Positions 46,264 to 55,779 of a stretch of 64,000 bases of DNA are shown here, piece by piece. Positions within the stretch are counted from its first letter, which is position 1, and every line of letters starts with the position of its first letter. The notes beneath the pieces are model-generated. The model saw nothing but the letters and a program-made list of their open reading frames with translations. It did not search any database and was not told where the DNA came from. The DNA comes from a virus: IMG/VR virus record IMGVR_UViG_3300036823_000156, positions 19,960 through 83,959 of that record. One strand, 5' to 3'. The translations under genes and the position numbers were made by a program.

Positions 46264-46677
46264 TCAGTTGCTGTGGTCGTAGGGCCAGCCGTGCTTCTCG
46301 GCGCACGTGGGGCCGTACCCGTTCTTGATCGACTCCTCGCGGGTCAGCGGAAGGCCGCAGTTGCAACACACACCGTACAGGGCGCCGAACTCGGCGGCCT
46401 GCTCGGCGGTGATCTTGTCCACCGAGGACAGGCGGTAGATCGCACCCTTGGCGTACTCCCACTTGGCCCGAGCGCCCACTTCTTCGGGTGGTGCCAGGAT
46501 CTTGGCGTACAGCCGGCCCGAGCCGTGCCTGGCCTGCACCACCTTGTAGACCCGGTCCTCGAAGACGTAGACGCCGGCCTCGGTGATCGGCGGTCGGGGC
46601 GCGGTCGTACCCTGCGCGCAGTCGCGCACCTGGGCCACCGTCTCGTGCGCGTGGTGGCAGTGTCCACACTGGATCAC
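46264..46677 (-). CDS. DUF6011-like Zn-finger protein
   Basis: CCNCGLPLTREESIKNGYGPTC. Confidence 0.65.
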   Translation of the reverse strand: MIQCGHCHHAHETVAQVRDCAQGTTAPRPPITEAGVYVFEDRVYKVVQARHGSGRLYAKILAPPEEVGARAKWEYAKGAIYRLSSVDKITAEQAAEFGALYGVCCNCGLPLTREESIKNGYGPTCAEKHGWPYDHSN

Positions 46678-46932
46678 TCGTCCGCCTCCTTCCGCTTCGG
46701 GTCGACCACGAGAATCATCATCCCCGCGTACGCGATGCAGAAGGCCAGGAGCGGCGACAAGATCCATCCCATCAGATCGTTGTTACTGGCCAAGGACACC
46801 ATGGCGGTGCCCCAGGACAACAGGAGGATGGAAAACTTGATCATCCGATCACCAGCGCCAGCGTGATCACGATGACGACGAAGAAGACGGCGAGCAGGAA
46901 GACGCCCGCGTCGCTGCCGGGTTCGGGTTCGG

Positions 46933-47340
46933 TCACTTGGCGCCTGCCTTGTTCTTCAGCCACTCCTTGCCGGTCAGGCGGCGCAGGGTGGTGACGGACT
47001 TGGTGTCGGTGATCTGCGCCCACAGCTTGGGGTGCTGGGTCTGCAGCAACGCCTTGCCGTCCTTCGTGATCTCCGTGCGATCACCGGTGCCCAGCCGGAG
47101 GATGAAGTCCAGCTTGGCGGAGTCGAGGTTGAGCTTGTTCTCGATGCGGTCCAGTCCGAGGTTCTCGACCTCGGCCTTGATCGCCGCCACCAGCAGGTCG
47201 TGTTCGGCCTGCAGTCCTTCGGCCTGCTTGGCGGCGGCGTCCTTGCGGCTGTAGCTGGCGTCGTAGCCGGCCAACAGCTTGCCGATCCTCGATCGGCCGT
47301 CGAACTCGTATGTCGGAGGCTTCGTTTCGTTGGTGTGCAT
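46933..47340 (-). CDS. Hypothetical protein
   Basis: GAGGAA RBS, first ORF of the leftward unit. Confidence 0.6.
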   Translation of the reverse strand: MHTNETKPPTYEFDGRSRIGKLLAGYDASYSRKDAAAKQAEGLQAEHDLLVAAIKAEVENLGLDRIENKLNLDSAKLDFILRLGTGDRTEITKDGKALLQTQHPKLWAQITDTKSVTTLRRLTGKEWLKNKAGAK

Positions 47341-47453
47341 CGTTTCCTCGCAGGTGAGAGTTTTCGGAGGCTTCGTGTTCTGACGATTCGTGTTCTGAGG
47401 ATTCGTGTGTGGTGTGTGAGTGATTGGTTGCTACGCGCCGGAGCGCGCCTTCT

Positions 47454-47723
47454 GCGTGGCCCTAGGGGATTCGAACCCCTGTCTCCGTGACTTCACGGGT
47501 CCACCGGGGCCGCCGGCAAGCAGGACGAGGAGAGGTCAGGGTGTCTTGGGCCGCTAAACGATCGGGCCGTAAGGTTTCCGTTGTGCCTGGTGCATGCCGT
47601 CCGAGCCCGCGCTCGTGTCATCGCGCAAGGACCGTGGGGTATGACGTGTTGTTCGTGGTGCCAGGCCACCATTCAGTTGTCAGGAAGACGGTCGCACAGC
47701 CGCTGTCCTGGCCGGTCAGGGCC
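47454..47723 (-). ncRNA. tmRNA-shaped / tRNA-like-closed structured RNA (about 270 nt)
   Basis: 5' GGCCCTGACCGGCCAGGACAGCGGCTGT can pair with 3' GACAGGGG-TTCGAAT-CCCCT-AGGGCC-A; upstream TTGCGC-17-TAACGT promoter. Confidence 0.45.
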
Positions 47724-47890
47724 TCTCTAGCGGGGCGATGACGGGAACGTTAGTGCACGGTGCCGGGTCGCGCAACCCTCCAGCAGGATCAGAGAGGTCG
47801 ACGGTCTTGTTTTGGCTGGTCAGACGGCCCAAAAAATTTCTGGCCCATTTTTCTTGATCAAACCCGTTATTGTACATTTCGGACATCGGA

Positions 47891-47932
47891 AAGCCCCCGG
47901 TCCACGCCGTGACGTGCGCGAACCGGGGGCTC
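47891..47932 (-). terminator. Terminator hairpin after the lysis operon
   Basis: agcccccggt / accgggggct followed by TT on the - strand. Confidence 0.55.
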
Positions 47933-47951
47933 CGAGCGCCTGCCTGCGAGT

Positions 47952-48242
47952 TCAGGCGCCCGTCGTGGGCAGTTGCACGTCGTTGGGGGCGTGCTTGGTG
48001 ACGTAGCCGCTCACGAACGCGACCGCGGCCGGCACCAACGGGGCGACCAGCACGTCGACCCAGTCGGGCAGGCCGGGCAGCACCAGCGGGTGCGCGCCCA
48101 CGGCCTGCAGGATGGCCAGCAGCGCGACGCCGCCCAGCCAGGTCCCCACCGACGCGGCGGTGACCTTGCGGGTGGGCTGGCCGGGCACGACCGGCGTGGC
48201 CGGCAGGGGAACGGTGGGGACCGGTTCGGCGGCGTGCGTCAT
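47952..48242 (-). CDS. Holin
   Basis: RKVTAAS + 2 TM + GY..H pattern; downstream of the endolysin. Confidence 0.75.
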   Translation of the reverse strand: MTHAAEPVPTVPLPATPVVPGQPTRKVTAASVGTWLGGVALLAILQAVGAHPLVLPGLPDWVDVLVAPLVPAAVAFVSGYVTKHAPNDVQLPTTGA

Positions 48243-48394
48243 GCGCTGACTCCCGTCAGGTCGATGATGACGGCGATCGCGGCCACGATGCCGGCGACGA
48301 TGGCCAGCGCGATGCGCCACGTCGGGGCGGTCGCGGCGATCGCGAAGGCCAGGAACATCAGGGCGGCGGCCAGCAGCGCGAAGATGATCTTCAT
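48239..48394 (-). CDS. Small 2-TM membrane protein
   Basis: MKIIFALLAA...; coupled. Confidence 0.55.
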   Translation of the reverse strand: MKIIFALLAAALMFLAFAIAATAPTWRIALAIVAGIVAAIAVIIDLTGVSA

Positions 48395-48843
48395 GAGGCC
48401 GGCACCGCCCGGGTCGCGTTCCACTGCGCCACCGTCATGCCCGGCGTGTCGTCGGGCACGAGGTAGCGGCGCAGGTGGTGCATGGCCACGTACAGGTCGA
48501 CGCTGGACCAGTTCTCCCAGGTGTCCACCACGAGGTTGTGGTCGGACCCGTCGGGGGTGTGGGCGATCATCGTGCCGCCGACCGCACCGACGTACATGGT
48601 CGCCTCGCGCCACCACTCGCCGCGGTGCGCGAAGTCGTCGAAGGCGGGCGGCCGGACCGGCGGGGCCCACTCGGTGCACGAGTCGGGGACCTCGAAGATC
48701 CCGCCGTGCGGCATCGCCTCCCAGCGCTGGGCGTCGTCGACCTGCAGCACGTTGTCGAAGGTCCACATCCGGGCCGGGTGGTCGGTGATCTCGTCACCCT
48801 CGACGACCTCGTAGGTGTGCGGGTGCGCGGCGGCGTACTTCAT
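48391..48843 (-). CDS. Hypothetical protein
   Basis: Coupled ORF in the lysis cassette. Confidence 0.55.
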   Translation of the reverse strand: MKYAAAHPHTYEVVEGDEITDHPARMWTFDNVLQVDDAQRWEAMPHGGIFEVPDSCTEWAPPVRPPAFDDFAHRGEWWREATMYVGAVGGTMIAHTPDGSDHNLVVDTWENWSSVDLYVAMHHLRRYLVPDDTPGMTVAQWNATRAVPAS

Positions 48844-49754
48844 GCGGTCGCCACCGGCGGCTGCAGGGTGACCGTCCAGCCGGCACCGAGGACCGCGGCG
48901 AATGCGGTCTCCATGTCGGCCACGCTCGTGCCGCCGCCCAGGTGCGCGTCCACGGCGGCCAGCAGGGCGGCCTGGTTGGCCGGCAGCGCCCCGGCGATCT
49001 TGGTGACGTTGGCCGACGTGCTGGCGATGGCCAGCGCCATCGGTCCGGCCGTGTTGACGCCGGTGGTGCCGGGCAGGTATTTGCGCAGGAAGAAGCCGAC
49101 GGTGCCGGGCGCCGGGTTCTCGGGAATCTTGTCGGTGAACTGCACGTCGATCTCCTCGGTCGGTGCGGGGGCGGTGGTGGCGGGCAGCGGGACCAGGATC
49201 CAGTCCTTGTCGTCCGCGCTGCCGGCGATGGTGATGCTGGTGGTGTTGTCCTGCCAGATGTTGACGTAGGGCGGCATGTCCTTCTTGGACCCGGCACCGA
49301 CGTAGAAGTCGGTGATGCCCGCGTCGTGGCAGGCGATCAGCACCTCGGAGAACCCGTAGATGCCGATCCTGCCCTTCCAGCCGCCCAGCTTCAGGGTGTT
49401 GCGGAAGGACCGGACGTAGACCAGCATGCCGGGGATGTTGCGGGACGAGACGTGCTCGTCGACGGCGGGCAGCGCGTTCTCGGTGAAGGCGATCTTCTTC
49501 TTGCGGGCGTCGGCCAGGAACGCGTTGGCGTGCGCCGCACCGGCCGCCCCGCCGCCGGAGATGTCGGTGGACAGATTCTCGTAGGCCAGAATCAGCAGTA
49601 GCCGGTGCTCGACGTAATCGGCGTACTGGGCCGCCGTCATGTCCTTGGCGGAGTTCGGGGTGCCGACGTAGCCCAGCCAGCCCTGCGCCCCGTCGGCCAG
49701 CAGTGTCACGGCCGAGGGGTGGTTGATCCCGTCGGCGATGTAGCCCTGGGTCAT
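48840..49754 (-). CDS. Endolysin, DUF1906/GH25-like glycoside hydrolase
   Basis: GYV...KD....Y, LAYE, G.AG.AHA, AVD, GIYG, WQ. Confidence 0.78.
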   Translation of the reverse strand: MTQGYIADGINHPSAVTLLADGAQGWLGYVGTPNSAKDMTAAQYADYVEHRLLLILAYENLSTDISGGGAAGAAHANAFLADARKKKIAFTENALPAVDEHVSSRNIPGMLVYVRSFRNTLKLGGWKGRIGIYGFSEVLIACHDAGITDFYVGAGSKKDMPPYVNIWQDNTTSITIAGSADDKDWILVPLPATTAPAPTEEIDVQFTDKIPENPAPGTVGFFLRKYLPGTTGVNTAGPMALAIASTSANVTKIAGALPANQAALLAAVDAHLGGGTSVADMETAFAAVLGAGWTVTLQPPVATA

Positions 49755-50062
49755 GACACTTCCAGCGGCGGCAGCGAGAAGTTGTCACCGGTGTCGATGA
49801 CGATCTGGTGCACCTCGTCGACCTCGCAGTGGTGGAAATTGCCCATCGGCGTCACGTCCGGCTTGCACCAGCAGTCGGCGCCTTCGGTGTGCACCTTGAC
49901 GTTCTCGTCCAGTTCGGTCATCTCTTGCCCCTCGGTCGTTTGTGCGCGTGTGAGCGCGATCGGTGCTTGCGCCGTATCCTCTTCGACGGCACGATCCGGC
50001 CCGTCTTGTTCGCCGTCCTCCTCGGCAGATCCCCCGTCGGCTCACCATCCACAGTGGACCTC

Positions 50063-52048
50063 CTACTGGTGGTTGTTGTACAACGAGTAGGAAACGGGCA
50101 CGTCGGTGTTCGCCAGGAACGTTCCCGAACCACCCGATCGCCAGCACAGGCAGAACCGCACGGCACCGTCGACCAGATCGCCGTCGGCCACGGTAAACCA
50201 CTGGCGTGCGTTGCAACCGGCAATGTTGCCGTCCGGGTTGACACCGCCCATGCCTTCGTACGTGCCGGGCGCCGGGAAAGAAGGGCTACCCAGCTGCCGT
50301 ACCAGGTTGCCGTCCGTATCCACCACCCCGATGTCGTAGTACGTGCCGGCGCCGGACAGGACGGTGAACCCGTACTCGGCGGACACCTGGTCGCCCGCGA
50401 CGGCCGAGATCGACTCCTCGGTGCCCGCGATCGGCAGATAGGCGCCGCCGGTGTTCACCGCGCCCACGTTGCCGGTGACGATGAAGCCCGACGCGATCGA
50501 CATGGCGGCACCACCGCCGCCGGAGGGCGCGTCCTCCCAGGACATGCCGATGTCGGCGCCGGAATTGGCCATGATGACCTGGCCCGGGGTGCCGACGGGG
50601 AAGCGGGAGACGGTGCCGGCGCCGGTGCCCACGACCAGGTCGCCGACGGTGGTCACGGTGGATAGCGGGATGCCGTCGCCCGAGCCACCGCCGCTCGGGG
50701 TGGCCGGGACCCAGCGGGAGGCCGCCGCGTCGAAGGCCAGCACCTGCTGGTCGGTGACGCCGGTGGGGTCGACGTCGGTCAGGTCGCCCAGGACCGGCTC
50801 GCGGAAGGCGGTCAGCGAGCTGATCGACAGCGGCACGCCGGCATCGTCGGTGTTGCCGTACCCGATGACGGTGGCCGCCGCGTCGATGTTGGCGTAGTCG
50901 GTGGTGCCCTTCGCGATCGCACACTCCACCAGGGACACCTTGGCGTGCGCGCCGAGCACGACCGAGTAGTTCTGCGGGCTCTTGAAAAAGCACCCGTTGG
51001 CGAACACCCAGCCGACCCGGTTCGGGTCGGGGTCGCCCTCGGGGATGCCGGTGTCGTCGGGGTCGGCGAACAGCGCGCCGGTGAACCCCGCGTCGCCGGG
51101 CAGCGTGTAGTCCGGGTCCACGGACAGGTCGAGGTAGCAGCCGTAGAGGTGCACGTCGGCCGCCGGGGGCGCCAGCTGCTGCAGACCGTCCGCGTGTGCC
51201 CCGGCGGCCGGGCGGGTGTCGTGCACGTAGCAGTACTCCAGTACCGGGCCTTGCGTGTAGGTGCGACCGAACTGGAAGGCGTCGTCGCCGTGCTGCGTGA
51301 TCTCGCACAGCCGGATCGTGACGCCCGAACCGCCCGAGAACGCCCGGCCCAGCGCGGTGATCTTGCACTGGGAGAACACCCGGCCGTGCTCCAGGCCGGT
51401 GTTGGCGTCCAGGCGGACCCCGAAATCGGCGTTGCCGCACTCGACGTGCGAATTGGTGACGGTGACGTCGTTGCCCAGCACGATCAGCTCGGAGCAGACG
51501 AAGTGGGTCTTGTCCCACGTCTCGCCGTCGGTGAGGGTGATCGCGTTGTCCGGGTCGTTGTCCGGGTGCGGGGTCAGTTCGCCGGCAGCGAACGGGAAGA
51601 CCGCGCGCGCCTTGGCCAGCTCGTAGGGCCGGGCGGCGCCGGACTGGCCGGCCGGCAGGCTGCCGTCGGCCCCTAGCGGACCGGCCGGGCCGCCGGGCTG
51701 GCCGACCGAGGACAGCGGCACGAACAGCGCCGGGCTGGCCGGGGCCGGGGCGGCCAGGTCGTGCAGGGTGCCCAGCGTGGTCGTGCTCGGCGTGGCCGGC
51801 ACGTGCACCTGGAAGCGCTCCCGCCACACCGGGGTCTGCACGGTGATGATCCAGTCGGCCTCGGCGGTCAGCGTGACCGTGTCCGCGAACGCTCCGGCGA
51901 CCACGTCCACCACGCCGGTCGGCTCGTCGCCGTAGATGATCGAGCCCTCGGCGGTCGCCCGGACCAGCTGAAAGGCCACCGAGCCGGACGCGGTCGGGGT
52001 GTCGGTCAGCGGGTCGCGGATGTCCGCGGTGACGGTGACGGTGCTCAT
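50063..52048 (-). CDS. Tail-fibre-like protein with beta-helix domain
   Basis: N-terminal adaptor, AHADGLQ beta-helix, LGDLTDVD/QVLAFD..W and GDLVVG fibre motifs. Confidence 0.65.
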   Translation of the reverse strand: MSTVTVTADIRDPLTDTPTASGSVAFQLVRATAEGSIIYGDEPTGVVDVVAGAFADTVTLTAEADWIITVQTPVWRERFQVHVPATPSTTTLGTLHDLAAPAPASPALFVPLSSVGQPGGPAGPLGADGSLPAGQSGAARPYELAKARAVFPFAAGELTPHPDNDPDNAITLTDGETWDKTHFVCSELIVLGNDVTVTNSHVECGNADFGVRLDANTGLEHGRVFSQCKITALGRAFSGGSGVTIRLCEITQHGDDAFQFGRTYTQGPVLEYCYVHDTRPAAGAHADGLQQLAPPAADVHLYGCYLDLSVDPDYTLPGDAGFTGALFADPDDTGIPEGDPDPNRVGWVFANGCFFKSPQNYSVVLGAHAKVSLVECAIAKGTTDYANIDAAATVIGYGNTDDAGVPLSISSLTAFREPVLGDLTDVDPTGVTDQQVLAFDAAASRWVPATPSGGGSGDGIPLSTVTTVGDLVVGTGAGTVSRFPVGTPGQVIMANSGADIGMSWEDAPSGGGGAAMSIASGFIVTGNVGAVNTGGAYLPIAGTEESISAVAGDQVSAEYGFTVLSGAGTYYDIGVVDTDGNLVRQLGSPSFPAPGTYEGMGGVNPDGNIAGCNARQWFTVADGDLVDGAVRFCLCWRSGGSGTFLANTDVPVSYSLYNNHQ

Positions 52049-52072
52049 GGGCGCCTCTCCTCCAGCAGGAGT

Positions 52073-52531
52073 CTACCGGGGTCGCACAAGGCTGACGACC
52101 TGCGCGTATTCGTTGTCGTCGAGCAGGTCCAGCAACGCGACGGCCTGCGTGACCGGGTCGGCCGGATCACCGGCCAGCGCGGTCCGCCGGGAGCGCTGGG
52201 CGGCCCGGGCGCCCCGCATCCCGCCCTTGCGCCACACCAGCACCTGCCACAGGCCTCCGGTCAGCAGCAGCTCGAACAGCGCCAGGATCCCCCACGCCAC
52301 GATGGCGGGAGCCTGCTGCCCGGGCGGGATCGGTGGTCCGGGGGCGACCGCGTGCCGCTCGATCGCGTAGATCATCACCAAGAAAATTCCGGATTCCAGC
52401 AGCACCAGGCCCCGGGTGAAGAAGTTGCGCCACGGCGAGCCGAACGTCACGAACACCAGCATGAACACGAAACTGAGCAGACCGATCATCGACTGCAATC
52501 CGGTGACGACGTCGTTCACCAGCACCATCAT
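52073..52531 (-). CDS. Multi-TM membrane protein (holin-associated)
   Basis: Three hydrophobic helices, PW motif. Confidence 0.6.
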   Translation of the reverse strand: MMVLVNDVVTGLQSMIGLLSFVFMLVFVTFGSPWRNFFTRGLVLLESGIFLVMIYAIERHAVAPGPPIPPGQQAPAIVAWGILALFELLLTGGLWQVLVWRKGGMRGARAAQRSRRTALAGDPADPVTQAVALLDLLDDNEYAQVVSLVRPR

Positions 52532-52767
52532 GTCGTCCTCCTGGAGACCACGACGGCCTGTACCGACCGCGTGATGTCATTCTCCCGAAGGTGCTGACGG
52601 ATCTGGGCCAGCAGAGGCTCCAGCTCCGTCCTTTTGCGAGCAACGTCACGCTGGGCCTCGTGGGCACTGAGCAGGGCCGCACGCGCTTCGGAGCTGGGCA
52701 TGGACTCGGTCGCCTCGTCCTGGTGGGGGGATGCCGTGGGAGGACGACGGCGACGGAGGAACGACAT
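52528..52767 (-). CDS. Hypothetical protein
   Basis: Coupled; ...LREN motif. Confidence 0.55.
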   Translation of the reverse strand: MSFLRRRRPPTASPHQDEATESMPSSEARAALLSAHEAQRDVARKRTELEPLLAQIRQHLRENDITRSVQAVVVSRRTT

Positions 52768-53109
52768 CTACGTCACCCCGCCCGGCAATTGCTGGCGGAT
52801 CGCCGTCATCACCGAGTTGGCGATCACCGCGGACTGCTGCGTCGAGCGGTTGATATCCAGCAGCCCGTCGTGGGCTTCCTTCATCGATCCGAACGCCTCC
52901 TTCCACGTCGCCGCCTCGGCCTCGGCCTTCGCCAGCTGCGTGGCGGCACTCGCCCGCACCTCGTCGACCCGGTTCGAGGGGACCAACTGGCCGATCATGC
53001 GCGGGATCACGGTAAACCCGATCACGGTGGCGGCGATACCCAGCAGTGCCAGAAGGACGGTGATCAAGGTGGTCTGATCAGCCACGGCGTCCGCTGCCGA
53101 CAGGATCAT
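52768..53109 (-). CDS. Membrane protein (TM plus coiled coil)
   Basis: TM followed by LVP...W.EA pattern. Confidence 0.6.
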   Translation of the reverse strand: MILSAADAVADQTTLITVLLALLGIAATVIGFTVIPRMIGQLVPSNRVDEVRASAATQLAKAEAEAATWKEAFGSMKEAHDGLLDINRSTQQSAVIANSVMTAIRQQLPGGVT

Positions 53110-53177
53110 CCGGGCCTCCCTGTTCTTCGCCGTTTCCGCAGGTCACACATAACGGCAGGGTAGCATGCACGCGGGTG

Positions 53178-53207
53178 TGGACAATCCGCACTCGTACAGG
53201 GTAGTGT
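53178..53207 (+). promoter_or_regulatory. SigA-like rightward promoter at the divergence point
   Basis: TGGACA-18 bp-TAGTGT upstream of the HTH gene. Confidence 0.55.
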
Positions 53208-53259
53208 ACGGCCTCACGCCCTGGGCGGGGCGTGCAGAAGTACGGAAGGAGTTGATCAT

Positions 53260-53514
53260 ATGCGACGCCGGAAGTTCGGCCTGTGGCTCACACGCGGCGA
53301 CGCCGCGTCCTACCTGGGCGTCTCCGAGCGCACGATCTACAAGTGGCTGGCCAACGGCATGCTGGACGCGGTGCGGGTGGAGGGCTACAACAAGACCCGG
53401 ATCGCGCGCAAGCAGCTGGAGGAGCTGAAGGCCGAGGCCGAGCAGCGGGGCGTCTCGCTGGTCATGCAGCTGGCCCTGGCGCGACACCGCGACCAGGACC
53501 AGGTGAGCGCCTGA
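53260..53514 (+). CDS. Excisionase-like HTH DNA-binding protein
   Basis: WLT..DAA.YLGVSERTIYKW...G.L. Confidence 0.85.
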   Translation: MRRRKFGLWLTRGDAASYLGVSERTIYKWLANGMLDAVRVEGYNKTRIARKQLEELKAEAEQRGVSLVMQLALARHRDQDQVSA

Positions 53515-53768
53515 TGCCCGACGACACCTCCGCCGAGGCGCTGCGCGAGCTGCTCGGCCTGCCGGCCGACGCCTGCGAGCACCACGTGCTGCTCAAGGTC
53601 AGCGCGCTGCGCTGGGCGGCACACCGCACCGAGGCGCTGGTCGAGTCCTATCAGGACGCGGCCACGGTCGCGCTGGGCCTGACCGGTCCGGTCAACCACC
53701 GGGTGCTGATCTCGCTGCTGCCCGAACTGCGGCGGGAGCTGGACCAGCTGGCGGCGGTGCCGCGATGA
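53514..53768 (+). CDS. Hypothetical protein
   Basis: TGATG coupling. Confidence 0.55.
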   Translation: MPDDTSAEALRELLGLPADACEHHVLLKVSALRWAAHRTEALVESYQDAATVALGLTGPVNHRVLISLLPELRRELDQLAAVPR

Positions 53769-54274
53769 CGCTGCCGGCACCCAGATCCACCGAGCGCGAC
53801 CGGAATCGAGCGCTGCTCCGGTTTGCCGGGGTCAGTCAGGACGTGCTGGTGAACCAGGAGATGGACGACCAGATCGGCAGCGCGGTGATGTGGGCGGTGG
53901 CGCAGCAGAAGATCGCGCCGCCGCCGCACCACTGCGACGGCCGCTATCTGCGGTACCGCGAGACGATCCTGTCCTGGCTGGACGGCGACCTGTTCGGCGG
54001 CTCGGAGAAGCTCTTCGTGCTGGCACTGCCGGCCCCGGGCACCAGCGACCACGTCTGGGAAGGCGGGGGCTCGCTCGACGTGATCGAGCCCGACCATCTG
54101 CGCTGTATCGGCAGGGCGTGGCACCTGGCGCCGTTCGTGGGTGATCCGTTCTTCTACTGGTGGCGGATCGCGGAAGACGATCGCGGCCGGAGAGTTGCTG
54201 GGCGGCAACAGATCCGGCACATCGAAGAATGGGAATACGAAAGACTCCGTGGAAGGGAGCCGTGGAATTTCTGA
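53765..54274 (+). CDS. Hypothetical protein
   Basis: ATGA coupling. Confidence 0.55.
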   Translation: MTLPAPRSTERDRNRALLRFAGVSQDVLVNQEMDDQIGSAVMWAVAQQKIAPPPHHCDGRYLRYRETILSWLDGDLFGGSEKLFVLALPAPGTSDHVWEGGGSLDVIEPDHLRCIGRAWHLAPFVGDPFFYWWRIAEDDRGRRVAGRQQIRHIEEWEYERLRGREPWNF

Positions 54275-54518
54275 TGTACACCCTCACGATCATGATGGAC
54301 AACAATTACACGCACACCGTCGAGATGGACACCGTCGAGATGGCGGCGAGCTTGTTCGGGCACCTGGCCCGGACCATCGGCAACGCGAACGAGACGAACG
54401 CGCTGACGTGGGAGGGGATGACCTCCTCCGTCATCATTCCCCTGCGCAAGATCACCTTCGTCAGTTGCTCGCCACCGGTGTCCGGCCCGCCGCTGCGCGG
54501 CAGTCGGGCGGCGAACGC

Positions 54519-55040
54519 ATGAGCCTCCTACTGGGCATCACCATCGATCCGACAGTCGAGCCTGATCGGAACAAGGTCTACACCATCGCGACGACCGATC
54601 GGCCGCACTTCTGGCACACAGCCGGCGACGGCGGCGGCGGCTGGGTGCGTGGTATCTACAACAGCGGCAGCTCTTTCGGGTCGCCGATGCGTTCGTGGGC
54701 AGAGATGGCCAGCGCGCTGGTCGTCATGACGGCCAGGTACGCGGAACTCGGCACGCGATCGACGGTACTGGTCGAACAGCCGGATGAGCAGCCGACCCAG
54801 GATCGCTTCACCGAGCTGGCCGAGAAGGTCGACGCTCTGAGCCAGCGAGTCCACATGCTCGAAGAGTCGCAGACGACCGCGGCCGAGGTGCTACATCGTC
54901 GTGATCGACTCAGGGCCACGATGGACAACGCACTCAAGGCGTTGGACCTGATGGTCAGCGGTACCGGATTCTCGACGCCTGCGACCTACGATCGCATCAT
55001 CCGGGACGCCCTGACCAAGGCGCGTGATGGCGGTGAGTGA
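54519..55040 (+). CDS. Hypothetical protein
   Basis: ATGA coupling; C-terminal coiled coil. Confidence 0.55.
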   Translation: MSLLLGITIDPTVEPDRNKVYTIATTDRPHFWHTAGDGGGGWVRGIYNSGSSFGSPMRSWAEMASALVVMTARYAELGTRSTVLVEQPDEQPTQDRFTELAEKVDALSQRVHMLEESQTTAAEVLHRRDRLRATMDNALKALDLMVSGTGFSTPATYDRIIRDALTKARDGGE

Positions 55041-55494
55041 GCTGCTGGACGTCATCATGGTGCTGGAAGTTCTGGTCGCCGCGCTGGGGCTGGTCTTCGG
55101 AATGGTCAACCACGGCGCCGTCTACGGGACGCGCCAACACCTCTACACCCAGTTCCGCGGTGGCGCGGTCGTCCTGGTGATCTTCGCGTTCCTGGCCTAC
55201 GGCCTGTGGATCACCTACGCGTTGGCCACCGGGCTGTGGCAGTTCATCGTGATCTTCACGCTGCCGCTGGCGCTCAAGATGGCCTACCGGCGGATCGGCC
55301 GCACGCGCGGTCGCAAGGCCGACGCCGTGGCGATCGTCCCGGCCAAGATCGGCACCGTGATCCTGTGCGAGGACCGGGTGTTCCGGTTGGACAGCATGCA
55401 GGCCGACGGCCGGTTCGACACCGCCTCGCTGATGTTCGTCAGCTCGGGCCCGAAGTACCCGACGGTGGTGGATGCCCGTGCTGCGCAAAGGTGA
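55033..55494 (+). CDS. Membrane protein
   Basis: Three TM segments. Confidence 0.55.
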   Translation: MSELLDVIMVLEVLVAALGLVFGMVNHGAVYGTRQHLYTQFRGGAVVLVIFAFLAYGLWITYALATGLWQFIVIFTLPLALKMAYRRIGRTRGRKADAVAIVPAKIGTVILCEDRVFRLDSMQADGRFDTASLMFVSSGPKYPTVVDARAAQR

Positions 55495-55779
55495 GGTGCT
55501 CGATGCCGACCTGCCGATGTCCTGGGCACTGGAGGTGACCGGGCGGACGCTGCTGCTGCTGTGCCGCGACGTCGAGCCCGGCGAGGGCCTGGGTGCCGTT
55601 CTGGTGCGGGTGATCCGGGGCTACCCGAACGACCACATGGGCTGGGTGGCCGTGCCCAAGACGCTGTTCGACCGACAGCTCTGGGTCGACCTGCGGCCCC
55701 TGCTGCCGCTGCGGCTGGTGCCGCGCCTGGAAGTGCTGATCGCGTGCGACAAGCACAACACGGAATTCGAGGAGCTGCT

